DNA of 64,000 bases from contig JABLXU010000039.1 in the NCBI GenBank assembly GCA_013177805.1, forward strand, positions 6,050-70,049, read 5' to 3'. The position numbers and the translations under genes are program-made. The notes under the pieces were generated by a model. That model did no database searches and had not been told where the DNA came from. It saw nothing but the letters and a program-made list of their open reading frames with translations. Below, in pieces: positions 42,536 through 52,276 of this stretch (position 1 is the first letter of the stretch; each line of letters starts with the position of its first letter). The stretch comes from Candidatus Omnitrophota bacterium (lineage in GTDB: Bacteria; Hinthialibacterota; Hinthialibacteria; Hinthialibacterales; Hinthialibacteraceae).

Positions 42536-45167
42536 GGCTCTCCGCCGGGTTGATCCGGTCCTGCAGCGCTTGTTGAAGAGCAGATACCATGCCGGGCTCG
42601 GTAATTTTCCCACCGGCCGCATCCGCCACATAAAACACGTCGGTGACCCGGTTGCCCTCCGTGAAGATCCGCGCGAAGTGGATGTTGAAATTCATCGAAG
42701 ACAACACCGACGATAGATCCACTAACAGTCCTTGCCGGTCCGCGCAGCGGACCACGACCACCGTAAACCGGGCGGAACTGTCATTGGATATTTTGACCTG
42801 ATTTTCAAAACTGCTGCGCCCGATCGCCGGCGCGCCCACCCGCCGCGGCACGGGGGGCAATTGGCCGTCCGGAGCCAGAACCCGCTGGATCCGGTCCAGG
42901 AGCAGATTCCGGCGGCTGGCCGGGATGACCAGGTTTCCCAACGCGTCCCGGATCACGAGATTGTTCACGACGATTCCATCCGACCGGGTATTGAGCCGAG
43001 CCTCGAAAATGCTGAAATTCTCCAGCATCACCGCCACGCAAATCCGGTTGAACAACCCCACCCGGTCCCGGCATGCCAGTACTATCTCCCAACCACCTGG
43101 GTTTTCATAGGGTACAAAACGGGTCACCGGCTGCGTTCCGTCAAACGCTTGGACCGCTTCCAGGTGTTCCCGGATTTTTTCCGGCGTTTGGTACAACAGA
43201 TAACTCGGCGGCAAACGGCTCAAATGCTCCTCGATGACCTCCGCGCTGAAATACGGCTTCAGCGATTCGGTGATGATCTCTTTCCGGGAAAGCACCTGGA
43301 TTTGCTGCTGCTCCCGCGCCGGGACCTCGCTGAGGAAAATATCCCGCGAGGCCAGATACAGCTGCCACAGCAGGTTATTCTTCCATTCGGTCATGGCCTC
43401 CGGCGACACCGAGCGCATGTCCACATAAGTCATGAGGTACATCATGTCCAAATCGCCCTGTTCCTCAAAGGTGTCGGTGAAATCCGCCGCCACCTGCGGA
43501 TCGGACAGGTCCCGGTGCTGGGCGGTATGGCTCATGGCCAGATGATGCTGGACCAGAAAGATCAGTTTGCCTCGCTTCTCATCGGAAAGCCGCAAACGCC
43601 GGGCGATCTCGTCCACCAACCGCGCCCCGGTGAGGGCATGCGGCCCGCTGTCTTTCCCTTTGCCGATGTCATGAAACAGGACGGCCAGCCGCAGCACATC
43701 GCGGTGGGCGCACTCCTGCCAGATAGAGTACCGTTCCGCCGCGTAATGCATGGGATCCGCGCGCAGATTTTCCAGGTGATACAGGCACAGCCAGGAATGC
43801 TCGTCCACGGTGTAGCGGTGCACCAGGTCGTATCGGACCAGCGACGCGATGCCCCGCCATTCCGGGATGAGCCGCTCCAACAACCCTGTCTGGCGCATTT
43901 CCTGCACCGCCTTGTCGATCGGGACGGGAAGCGCGAAAAATTCCCGCAACAAGGCCGCGTGATGCTTGTCATGCAAAAAAGCCTGATCCACCAATTCCAG
44001 GTTATCCTGAATGGCCACGGCCGTTTCGGGGGCCAGTTGGGCCTGGTGCCGCGCCGCGAGGATGAAGGTCTGGAGAATCCGCCGGGGATCGTGCTCGTAG
44101 AAATGCAGGTCCGGCGGGATGCCGAGGAGGCGTCCGCGCAAGGTGAAGCCATCCGGAAGGTTTTTGCGGGGCCGCAGACGCATGGCGCGCCAAAAAGGGC
44201 GCGGCGCGCAGGCGGTGATCATCGTCTCGGCAAACTCGCAGATCGTCAGCGCGTGGCGGTAATAATCCCGCATCATGGTCTCTTCCGCCAACCTCCCGGG
44301 CAGATCCTGATAGCCCAAGCGGCGCGAGATGTCCAACTGCAAGGGAAGCGCGAGCACGTCCTGCTCTTTGCGGGTGAAAAAGTGGAGGTCGTTCCGCAAA
44401 CGCCACAAAAAGGCCACCGCCTCATCCACCTGGGTCATGGTTTGATGGTCGATCAGGTTGCAGCGGCGCAGATGCAGCAGGTTCAGGGTGCGGCCTTGGC
44501 AGAGAGAACCGATCCACAATCCGAAATGAAAATCCCTCAATCCGCCGGGGCTTTCCTTCACATGGGGTTCGGTGATGTTGATGGTCACCCCCTGGCGGGC
44601 CAGCCGCTCTTCCCGCTCCTGGGTTTTGACCCGGATGAGCTCCTTGCGGTTACGCTGAAGGATACGCCAAAGATCGTGCTTGAATTCCTCGAACAAATGC
44701 CAATCACCTGCCAGGAACCGGCTTTCGGCCATGGCGGTTTGGCTGTGATTGTCGAGATGGGAAATATCCAATGCTTGTTTAAAACTGCGGCACGCATGCC
44801 CGACTTTGAATCCCAAGTCGAAAAGGCACCGGAAGACGGATTTGACCAATTCTTCTTCCTCGCCGCGCAGGGGGGCGTTGTGCAAAAACAAGAGGTCCAC
44901 ATCCGAGAAAGGATGCATCTGCCGCCGGCCGTATCCTCCCTGGGCCAACAACAGCATGTGCCGGGGCAATTCGTCCTGCCGCAAGATCCGCAGAAGGCGG
45001 TCGAGCAGCAACTGCAAAACAAGATTGTCCGTGATTTCAGTCATCTCACGGACGAGAATCCGGGAATCTTCTCCGGCCTCGTGACGGGCTTCAATGGTCC
45101 GGAAATCACTTTGATAGTGAGCAAAAATTGGCGCGATTTCCGAAAAAGCGGGATGGGTCAGGTCCAT
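42528..45167 (-). CDS. glnD: [Protein-PII] uridylyltransferase/uridylyl-removing enzyme
   Basis: AQGGYGR..PFSDVDLL, EPHVKESPGGLRD, HRYTVDEH, HDIGK and two ACT domains. Confidence 0.93.
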   Translation of the reverse strand: MDLTHPAFSEIAPIFAHYQSDFRTIEARHEAGEDSRILVREMTEITDNLVLQLLLDRLLRILRQDELPRHMLLLAQGGYGRRQMHPFSDVDLLFLHNAPLRGEEEELVKSVFRCLFDLGFKVGHACRSFKQALDISHLDNHSQTAMAESRFLAGDWHLFEEFKHDLWRILQRNRKELIRVKTQEREERLARQGVTINITEPHVKESPGGLRDFHFGLWIGSLCQGRTLNLLHLRRCNLIDHQTMTQVDEAVAFLWRLRNDLHFFTRKEQDVLALPLQLDISRRLGYQDLPGRLAEETMMRDYYRHALTICEFAETMITACAPRPFWRAMRLRPRKNLPDGFTLRGRLLGIPPDLHFYEHDPRRILQTFILAARHQAQLAPETAVAIQDNLELVDQAFLHDKHHAALLREFFALPVPIDKAVQEMRQTGLLERLIPEWRGIASLVRYDLVHRYTVDEHSWLCLYHLENLRADPMHYAAERYSIWQECAHRDVLRLAVLFHDIGKGKDSGPHALTGARLVDEIARRLRLSDEKRGKLIFLVQHHLAMSHTAQHRDLSDPQVAADFTDTFEEQGDLDMMYLMTYVDMRSVSPEAMTEWKNNLLWQLYLASRDIFLSEVPAREQQQIQVLSRKEIITESLKPYFSAEVIEEHLSRLPPSYLLYQTPEKIREHLEAVQAFDGTQPVTRFVPYENPGGWEIVLACRDRVGLFNRICVAVMLENFSIFEARLNTRSDGIVVNNLVIRDALGNLVIPASRRNLLLDRIQRVLAPDGQLPPVPRRVGAPAIGRSSFENQVKISNDSSARFTVVVVRCADRQGLLVDLSSVLSSMNFNIHFARIFTEGNRVTDVFYVADAAGGKITEPGMVSALQQALQDRINPAESHE

Positions 45168-45292
45168 ATTCGTGGGAACACGCCACCCAGGTGGGATAGT
45201 GATCGCCTACATCCTATGAGCCCGGCGGGATTGGGTCAAGACTTTTTCAAGAGGAGGCAGCACTAAAAAATCAGGGAGGGCCGGGAGCATCC

Positions 45293-45640
45293 TCAGTCTA
45301 CTACAACTTTGACAAGTTCCAAACCATGGGATTCATCCACCCCTTCTCCGTAGCCGCACTCCCCGCAAACCGCCAGATGCCCGATCATGTCATCCGCCGA
45401 GACCGTTTGCCGGCAGCCGCAGGAAGGGCAAGTCCATTCGACCGTGTATTCCTCGATGATCAGTTGCGCGCTTGCCAGAGGAGTCCCCGGTGTCAGCATG
45501 GCATAAGCCTGGCGCAAGGCTTCCTCTGAAAACGTGCTGCCCCGCCGCAGGTGAACCAATTTCACCTGATCCACCCCCTGCTCCCGCATCGCGGCCAGGA
45601 TTTGGTTCACGATCTGCTCGACAATCGAATATTCATGCAT
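45293..45640 (-). CDS. hypA: Hydrogenase nickel metallochaperone HypA
   Basis: MHE N-terminus and two CxxC motifs. Confidence 0.9.
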   Translation of the reverse strand: MHEYSIVEQIVNQILAAMREQGVDQVKLVHLRRGSTFSEEALRQAYAMLTPGTPLASAQLIIEEYTVEWTCPSCGCRQTVSADDMIGHLAVCGECGYGEGVDESHGLELVKVVVD

Positions 45641-46115
45641 GAGTCCCGCCCGCCTTCCATTCCCGCAATTGCCGCTCCACCCGGTCCACCAGCGCGGGGA
45701 TTGCCTGCCGCACCGCGCCGCTCATCTCGCCGCCAACCGTGTAGGGATCGGCCACTTCCATGGCGAATATCTTGATTTCCTCTGGGATCGTCAATTCCAA
45801 TTCCTTCGCCAGAACCAAGATCTCGGGCAAGCCGGCATAGTGCGGCGAAGGAGCTAGCACCGGCCCCAAGGCGGCGGGATCCAACTCGAGGACAGTCCCC
45901 GGCGGGTGTTGACCAGTCCGGATGGCATCCAGGATGATTGCCTGTTTGTAATCCATAAGATAATCCAGCAGGGCGATCCCCGAAACCGCGCATTCCACCG
46001 CGTCCACGCAATCGCCCCATTGTTCCCGGATCGCGCGCACGGCCAGCACCCCCGCGGCGTCATCCGCCAGGATGTCGTTGCCCAATCCCAACACCAAGGG
46101 TTTCATGGTCACCAT
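45633..46115 (-). CDS. Hydrogenase maturation endopeptidase
   Basis: LGLGNDILADDAAG, ILDAI, SPH. Confidence 0.9.
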   Translation of the reverse strand: MVTMKPLVLGLGNDILADDAAGVLAVRAIREQWGDCVDAVECAVSGIALLDYLMDYKQAIILDAIRTGQHPPGTVLELDPAALGPVLAPSPHYAGLPEILVLAKELELTIPEEIKIFAMEVADPYTVGGEMSGAVRQAIPALVDRVERQLREWKAGGTHA

Positions 46116-46190
46116 GGAAGGCCGTAATGAGAAACCTAAAACACGGTCCCCGCTTTAATGGGATAACATACCCGGAAACGCTCCGGGATA

Positions 46191-46216
46191 TCATCCCCGC
46201 GAAAGCGGGGATCCAG
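46191..46216. repeat. Palindromic element of the TCATCCCCGCGAAAGCGGGGATCCAG type
   Basis: Hairpin ATCCCCGC-GAAA-GCGGGGAT in the mvhA/protease intergenic gap. Confidence 0.55.
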
Positions 46217-46284
46217 CAGAGGACGATATCTTTCCCCGGTTTTCAGGGAAACCCGGTAAGGCAATCCCCCGATAGCCAGCCTTT

Positions 46285-46320
46285 CCCTCACCCTGACCCT
46301 CTCCCCGAGGGTGAGGGAAT
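46285..46320. repeat. Dispersed palindromic (REP-like) element, copy 3
   Basis: CCCTCACCCTGACCCTCTCCCCGAGGGTGAGGGAAT. Confidence 0.6.
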
Positions 46321-46371
46321 CAAGTTGCTGGGGGCAAGGAAGTGAAGAATAGAGGAAATGGACCGGCGCCC

Positions 46372-47835
46372 TCAACCGCGGCGGATTTCCCGCAGGACGT
46401 GGCGCTGGTGGTTGTACACCGTCACCAGCAAGGGCATCTGGCCCGGCAACGAATGGGTGGCGCAGCCGTGGCAAGGGTCGTACGCCCGGAAGGCCATCTC
46501 GACCATGTTCAGTATGCCATCGTCCACTTGCCCGTTACGGATCATGCCTTTGGCCGCCTTATCCACCGACATGGCGATGCGGGCGGCGTTGTTCTGCGTG
46601 GCGACGATCAGATTGGCCATGGTAATTAGGCCTTTCTCGTCGGTTTTGTAATGATGAAACAAGGTGCCCCGTGGCGCTTCCACCACCCCGATGCCCTCCT
46701 CGGGCGTCTCTTCCGGCAGTTCCCGGACGTTCGAATCGGTGATTTCGGGATCGGTGGCCAATTCCTTCATCCGTTCAGCGGCGTACAGCATCTCCACCAG
46801 CCGTGCCCAGTGCGTGGCCAACGTGTGATGCACCGGCTTGCCGCCGAGGGTTTGGAAATACTGCTCGTAGGCTTCCTGCGCCAGCGGCGTCGCCATGCCG
46901 TCCGCGGCGTTCAGCCGCGCCAGGGGGGCTACCCCGAAAATGCCGCTGGCCGGGCCTTCCTCAAATCCGGTCCACCCGATCTGCTTCAAATAGCAGAACT
47001 TAATGTAACTCCAAGGCTCGACATGCTCCGCCACATGGTTGAGATAATCGCGGGTATCGAATTTGACATATTCCTTCCCCTCCGGATCGACCACCCGCAA
47101 CTGCCCATCGTAGAAGTTGACTTTGTTATTCTCGTCCACCAGGCCCATGTAGTATGTCCTGTGGGTATAGTGGGGAGAAGTGATGTAATCGACGTATTCC
47201 TGGTTTTTCAGAACCACCTCGTTGAACAGCCCGAGGCTCATTTTGCCGAATTCCACCGCCTCATCGGCCGCCTGGATGAAATCCGCCTGTTCTTCTTTCT
47301 TCATTCCCCGGGCGACGCCGCCGGGCAATCCCATGACGGGATGAATCGCCTTGCCGCCCAGGAGCGCCATCAAGTGGCGGAGTTTTTTACGCATACCGAT
47401 GACTTTCTTTCCGGCTTCGACTCCCACTTTGCCGATCACGCCCACGATGTTCCGTTCCGCCTTGGGAGCCTTGGGGCCCACGACAAAATCGGGACCGCCC
47501 AGGAAATAAAAGTGCAACGCGTGATCTTCGACGGTGAACATCGAGTAAAAGAGCTCGCGCAGTTTCCGGGCCGCGGGAGGCGGCGTCACCTTGTACAGGT
47601 CATCCAGCGCCTTGGTGGCCGCCATGTGATGGGCCGTGGGACACACACCGCAGATGCGCGAGGTGATCTGGGGCATGTCCTCCGCGGGCCGCCCCTGGGC
47701 GAATTTCTCGAAACCCCGCAGCTCGGGGACCTGGAAATAGGCCCGCTCCACGTTTCCTTCCTCGTTAAGAAAAATATCGATTTTCCCGTGTCCCTCAAGC
47801 CGGGTAATGGGATCGATAATGATTTCGCGGCTCAT
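46372..47835 (-). CDS. mvhA: Group 3c [NiFe]-hydrogenase large subunit (MvhA-like)
   Basis: DPITRLEGH, RICGVCPTAH (L1), EAPRGTLFH, AYDPCHGCATH (L2) plus a cleavable C-terminal tail. Confidence 0.92.
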   Translation of the reverse strand: MSREIIIDPITRLEGHGKIDIFLNEEGNVERAYFQVPELRGFEKFAQGRPAEDMPQITSRICGVCPTAHHMAATKALDDLYKVTPPPAARKLRELFYSMFTVEDHALHFYFLGGPDFVVGPKAPKAERNIVGVIGKVGVEAGKKVIGMRKKLRHLMALLGGKAIHPVMGLPGGVARGMKKEEQADFIQAADEAVEFGKMSLGLFNEVVLKNQEYVDYITSPHYTHRTYYMGLVDENNKVNFYDGQLRVVDPEGKEYVKFDTRDYLNHVAEHVEPWSYIKFCYLKQIGWTGFEEGPASGIFGVAPLARLNAADGMATPLAQEAYEQYFQTLGGKPVHHTLATHWARLVEMLYAAERMKELATDPEITDSNVRELPEETPEEGIGVVEAPRGTLFHHYKTDEKGLITMANLIVATQNNAARIAMSVDKAAKGMIRNGQVDDGILNMVEMAFRAYDPCHGCATHSLPGQMPLLVTVYNHQRHVLREIRRG

Positions 47836-47837
47836 GA

Positions 47838-48827
47838 CTATGCCCCTTTCTTTCCATTTCCGGTCAAGGCCAAATTGCAATGCAACATCGAAGTGGGGAG
47901 GCTGTACCGGTAGAATGTCCCTTCCGGATCGACGATTTGGTCCAGGAGTTTATCAATCTCCGCCTCCTCTTTCGCGTCCAGAATCGAGGCGAAACCCGAT
48001 AACGCCTTCGCGCCGTAATCCCGTACGCGGCTGGTAGGACCCAGACAGCCCGTGCAGGGCATGTTGCCCTTGATGCAGGCCGCGTCGCAGCCGGCGCGGG
48101 TCACCGGTCCCAGGCAGAACAGGCCCTGGGCCAACAGGCACTTTTCCGGATCAGCGATCACTTCATGAGGGCGTTTCAGCTCCTTGAGTTCCAGTTTCTC
48201 GGGCTTGGTCTCGCGCCGGTCGCATTCCTGGCATTGCGCCACGTCCGGAGCCAGCACCGATCCTTTCGGCGGCCATTGATTGGTGAGGATCGCCTCCAAG
48301 GCCCCCTTTAACAGGCGCACGGGCGGAGGGCATCCGGGCAAGTAGTAATCCACCTCGACCACCTGGTCCAACGCTTTCGCGGTATCCTGCAGAGCCGGCA
48401 ACGTGACCAGGCCTTCCGGCCGTTGGGTTTCCGGCTGGGGGATGGTCTCATTTGGATTCTCGGTGCTGGGGCTTTCCACAAACGAATTCCAGAGGATCGC
48501 TTCCTTGGGGAAAAGGTTCCCTAATCCGGGGATCCCTCCCGTGTGCGAACAACTGCCGAACGCGATCAACACCTTCGACTTTTGCCGCATGAGATGGGCC
48601 ATTTCCTCCTCTTCCGAGGTGCGGACCGCGCCGTTGACAAAACCTACGGCCAACTCGCCATCCGCCATGGCGCGCAGATCGTCTTTCTTGAAATCCATGG
48701 CGCAGGGCCAGAAGCAGATATCCACGGCCGCGACGACATCCAGAATCGCCTCGTCCAGGTCGACGACCGCTTCCTCGCACCCGCCGCACGAGGCCATCCA
48801 ATTAAAGCCGACTTTGGGCTTGCTCAT
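47838..48827 (-). CDS. mvhG: [NiFe]-hydrogenase small subunit (MvhG-like)
   Basis: ASCGGCEE, AFGSC, LPGCPP, CQEC, CLGPVTRAGC, PCTGC; ATG at 48827. Confidence 0.9.
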   Translation of the reverse strand: MSKPKVGFNWMASCGGCEEAVVDLDEAILDVVAAVDICFWPCAMDFKKDDLRAMADGELAVGFVNGAVRTSEEEEMAHLMRQKSKVLIAFGSCSHTGGIPGLGNLFPKEAILWNSFVESPSTENPNETIPQPETQRPEGLVTLPALQDTAKALDQVVEVDYYLPGCPPPVRLLKGALEAILTNQWPPKGSVLAPDVAQCQECDRRETKPEKLELKELKRPHEVIADPEKCLLAQGLFCLGPVTRAGCDAACIKGNMPCTGCLGPTSRVRDYGAKALSGFASILDAKEEAEIDKLLDQIVDPEGTFYRYSLPTSMLHCNLALTGNGKKGA

Positions 48828-48829
48828 GA

Positions 48830-49339
48830 TCAGTTTCCTCCCTGGCCGGCGGCCACCAGTTCCGGCGTTTGCTGTCCATTTCCATGCGTCTCCGGATGGG
48901 GGAGGGGAAACAGGCGCAAGGGCCCCAGTTTCCGGACCTGCTCGGTCATTTCGTTGACGACGCGCTGCACTTTGTCCCCCTCGGAGGCGGCGATCCATTC
49001 CAGGCGGACCCGCTCTTCCTCGATACCCATGCGCTTCAAGAACCGTTTCAAGAGTTTGAACCGGCGCAGCGCCTTGTAATTGCCTTCCAGATAATGGCAA
49101 TCCCCGGGATGGCACCCGCCGATCAGCACCCCGTCGGCTCCTTCACGCAAGGCCGCCAGGATGAATTGCGGATCGATGCGGCCTGAACACATCACGCGGA
49201 TCACGCGGACATTGGGCGCGTAGAGGAGGCGGGATATCCCCGTCAGGTCCGCGGCCGTGTAGGTGCACCAGTTGCAGAAGAAGGCCACGATTCTGGGTTC
49301 AAATGTCTGGTTGGATGCGGATTCCAGTCGATTAGACAT
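48830..49339 (-). CDS. mvhD: Hydrogenase iron-sulfur subunit delta (MvhD)
   Basis: FFCNWCTY, RVMCSGR, GCHPGDCHY. Confidence 0.92.
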   Translation of the reverse strand: MSNRLESASNQTFEPRIVAFFCNWCTYTAADLTGISRLLYAPNVRVIRVMCSGRIDPQFILAALREGADGVLIGGCHPGDCHYLEGNYKALRRFKLLKRFLKRMGIEEERVRLEWIAASEGDKVQRVVNEMTEQVRKLGPLRLFPLPHPETHGNGQQTPELVAAGQGGN

Positions 49340-51344
49340 AGCTCAAGACCCCCTCGATCTCCTCGAAAATCTGGCCGTCGGTAAACAGGTTCTGTTCGAT
49401 CGCGCCCGATGGGCAGGCCGCGACACACGTCCCGCAGCCCTTGCACAAGGCTTCATTGACCACACTCACTTGGAACTCGGACGTCTCATCGGTCCGGATG
49501 GCGTTGTACGGGCACATACCGATACAAGTCCGGCATCCGCTGCACAACTCGGCATGAATATACGCCGTGTTGGGCTCCAATTCTACGTGACCCCGGACCA
49601 CCATGGCCAACGCTTCCGCCGCCGCCGCGCCCGCCTGCGCCACCGTGTCGGGAATATCCTTCGGCCCCTGGCACGCGCCGGCCAGGAAAATACCATCCGT
49701 GGCCGTCGAGACAGGCGCCAGCTTGGGGTGCCGCTCGGTGAACCAGCCTTGATGGCTGCATGAAATTCCGAACAGGCGGCGCACAGCGTCCGCATCCGCG
49801 TGCGGCTCCAATCCGACGGAGAGGATGACCATGTCCACAGGGATGCGCCGCGGCACGCCGATCAGCGTGTCTTCCGCCCGGATGATGAGTTTTCCCTCTT
49901 CCTCCGGCGTCATGGCCCAATCGGTCACCTCCGCCACCCGCCCGCGGATGAAATGCGTGCCTTCTTCCAAAAGCCGGTCGTAGAATTCCTCGTACCCTTT
50001 CCCCGGGGTACGCATGTCAATGTAGAAGTTATATACTTCCGCCCCCGTCCGCTCCTTGACCAAATGGGCCAACTTGAGCGAATACATGCAGCACACCCGC
50101 GAGCAGTAATCGTTAGTCTTCTTGTCCCGCGAGCCCACGCAATGAACGATCCCCACCGATTTGGGTTTCGATCCGTCGCGCAGAACGATTTCCCCGCCCG
50201 TCGGCCCCGAGGCGTTGACCAGCCGCTCCACTTCCAGGCTGGTGTACACGTTGGCGTACTTGCCGTATCCGTACTTGGGAATGCGCAACGCATCGAACAC
50301 CTGGAACCCAGTGGCCAGGATGACGGCCCCGCATTCCACCTCCTCGATCTTCTCTTGCTGGGTGAAGTCGATCGCGTTCTTTTCGCACACGGTCACGCAC
50401 TTCTCCGCGCATTTGCCCTTGGCCAAGCGTAAACACTGCGTGGGATCGATCAGCACCACGGGCGGCGTCGCTTGCGGGAAGGGCATGTAGATGGGCTTGC
50501 GCTTGCCCAGCCCCAGGTTGAATTCATCGTCGAACTTCGCGTTCTTGAAGACGCATGCATCCACGCACAGCAGGCACCCGACGCAATCCTCTTCCTTGAC
50601 GTAGCGCGGTTTGCGTTTCACCTTGACCTTGAAATTCCCCGCGAAGCCGTCCACACCCACCACCTCGGAGTAGGTCCACAGGGTGATATTGGGATGCGAT
50701 TTCACATCGGACATCTTGGGGGTCAGGATGCAGGCCGCGCAATCCAGAGTGGGGAAAGTCTTGTCGAACTTTGCCATGTGGCCGCCGATAGTCGGCTCGC
50801 GCTCGATCAGGTACACATGCTTGCCCGCGCTGGCCAACGTCAGGGCAGCATGGATGCCGGCGATTCCCCCGCCGACCACCACCACATCCTGGTTGACGTT
50901 AACAAAGCGCTTCTCCAACGGTTGATGCAAACCCACCCGGCGCACCGCCGCCGCGATCAGCGCCTTCGATTTCTCTGTGGCCTCGGCCTTGTCCTGGGTC
51001 ACCCAGCTGACGTGCTCGCGGATATTGGCCATCTGGAAATAATAGGGATTGAGGCCCGCGTCCATGCACGCCTTCCGGAACGTCTTCTCGTGCATGAGGG
51101 GCGAACACGAAGCCACCACCACCCGGTTCACGCCCCGCTCCCGGATGTCCTCCTGAATGATCTCCTGACCGGGATCGGAACACATGAACTTGTAATCGCG
51201 GGAGACCACCACATTGGGCAGCGTTTCCGCGAATTTCGCCACCTCCGAACAATTCACTTTCCCGGCGATGTTGATTCCGCAATGGCAGACATATACCCCG
51301 ATCCGGGGCGCGTCGCCGTTGGTTTTCGCATTAGGCATGGACAT
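49332..51344 (-). CDS. hdrA: Heterodisulfide reductase subunit A
   Basis: YVCHCGINI, NIREH, GGGIAG, DKTFPTLDCAAC, YCSRVCC, GPKDI and ferredoxin motifs. Confidence 0.94.
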   Translation of the reverse strand: MSMPNAKTNGDAPRIGVYVCHCGINIAGKVNCSEVAKFAETLPNVVVSRDYKFMCSDPGQEIIQEDIRERGVNRVVVASCSPLMHEKTFRKACMDAGLNPYYFQMANIREHVSWVTQDKAEATEKSKALIAAAVRRVGLHQPLEKRFVNVNQDVVVVGGGIAGIHAALTLASAGKHVYLIEREPTIGGHMAKFDKTFPTLDCAACILTPKMSDVKSHPNITLWTYSEVVGVDGFAGNFKVKVKRKPRYVKEEDCVGCLLCVDACVFKNAKFDDEFNLGLGKRKPIYMPFPQATPPVVLIDPTQCLRLAKGKCAEKCVTVCEKNAIDFTQQEKIEEVECGAVILATGFQVFDALRIPKYGYGKYANVYTSLEVERLVNASGPTGGEIVLRDGSKPKSVGIVHCVGSRDKKTNDYCSRVCCMYSLKLAHLVKERTGAEVYNFYIDMRTPGKGYEEFYDRLLEEGTHFIRGRVAEVTDWAMTPEEEGKLIIRAEDTLIGVPRRIPVDMVILSVGLEPHADADAVRRLFGISCSHQGWFTERHPKLAPVSTATDGIFLAGACQGPKDIPDTVAQAGAAAAEALAMVVRGHVELEPNTAYIHAELCSGCRTCIGMCPYNAIRTDETSEFQVSVVNEALCKGCGTCVAACPSGAIEQNLFTDGQIFEEIEGVLSYV

Positions 51345-52242
51345 GTTGACCTCCTTCTTGAGCCGCCACCGCCGGCCGCAAAGGAACAAACAAACGCTGC
51401 AATCCCAATTCGTTCTCCGGCAGCCCGAAGGCCATCCCCATCAACTGGGTGAAAAAGGCCACCGGCAGTTCGACCGGTTCTTCGAACCGCTGCGACATCC
51501 GGTCCTGGTAACATTCCAGGTTGAACTGGCACAACGGGCAGGCGGTGATGACCACATCGGCGCCGCGTTTCTTCGCTTCCCGCAAGAGGATGTAACTCAA
51601 CCGCAAGCCCACTTCCTCGATCGTGCCCGTGAGCGACCCCCCGCAGCACCGGGTCTTCAGCGGCCAATCAACCGGTTCTCCGCCCAGCGCTTCCACCAGC
51701 CGATCCATCGATTGAGGATTGGTTTGATCGTCAAACGTGGCGTAAGGCCGGATGATCTGGCAGCCGTAGTAACTCGCGACCCGCAAGCCTTGAAGCGGCT
51801 TGGTGACCCGGGCTTTGATCGTGTCCAATCCGACCGCATTCACAAAAATGTCCAGCGGGTGCCGGATCTTCACCTTGCCTTTGTATTTCAGGCCGCCTAC
51901 CTTGAGCGCGTCCCGGATTTTCTGGGCGTTGCCGTTCGATTCCGCCAAATAACGCTGCGCTTTGCACAACACCAGATAACACGCGGCGCAAGGGACCACC
52001 ACTTCCGGGCGCGCCTTGGGATCGTTCGCGGTCCCTTGCCTTTCGGACAACGCCAGGTTGCGGGAGGCCAGCGCGTAGGCCTTCAACTCGTTTACCGCCA
52101 TGTAAGCGGTCGCCCCGCAGCAGTTCCAATCCTCGACCTCCGTCAGGTTCAAACCCAAGGCCTGGAAGACCGCCCGGATCGACTCATCATACGGGCGTCC
52201 CGTGCTCTTCAACGAACATCCAGGGTAGTAGAGGTAATCCAT
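51331..52242 (-). CDS. hdrB: Heterodisulfide reductase subunit B
   Basis: YYPGC, WNCCG, CAACY, YYGC, RCCGG, ACPLCQ (two CCG domains). Confidence 0.92.
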   Translation of the reverse strand: MDYLYYPGCSLKSTGRPYDESIRAVFQALGLNLTEVEDWNCCGATAYMAVNELKAYALASRNLALSERQGTANDPKARPEVVVPCAACYLVLCKAQRYLAESNGNAQKIRDALKVGGLKYKGKVKIRHPLDIFVNAVGLDTIKARVTKPLQGLRVASYYGCQIIRPYATFDDQTNPQSMDRLVEALGGEPVDWPLKTRCCGGSLTGTIEEVGLRLSYILLREAKKRGADVVITACPLCQFNLECYQDRMSQRFEEPVELPVAFFTQLMGMAFGLPENELGLQRLFVPLRPAVAAQEGGQHVHA

Positions 52243-52276
52243 CGGTGCTTCTCGCTTTCCAAGCGGCCCGCGCCGC

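Noticed and set aside
42732-45266. 844-aa plus-strand ORF, and similar long antisense ORFs at 46651, 53899 and 62380
   Set aside because: They lie opposite well-supported genes, have no motifs and are expected from GC-rich codon bias.
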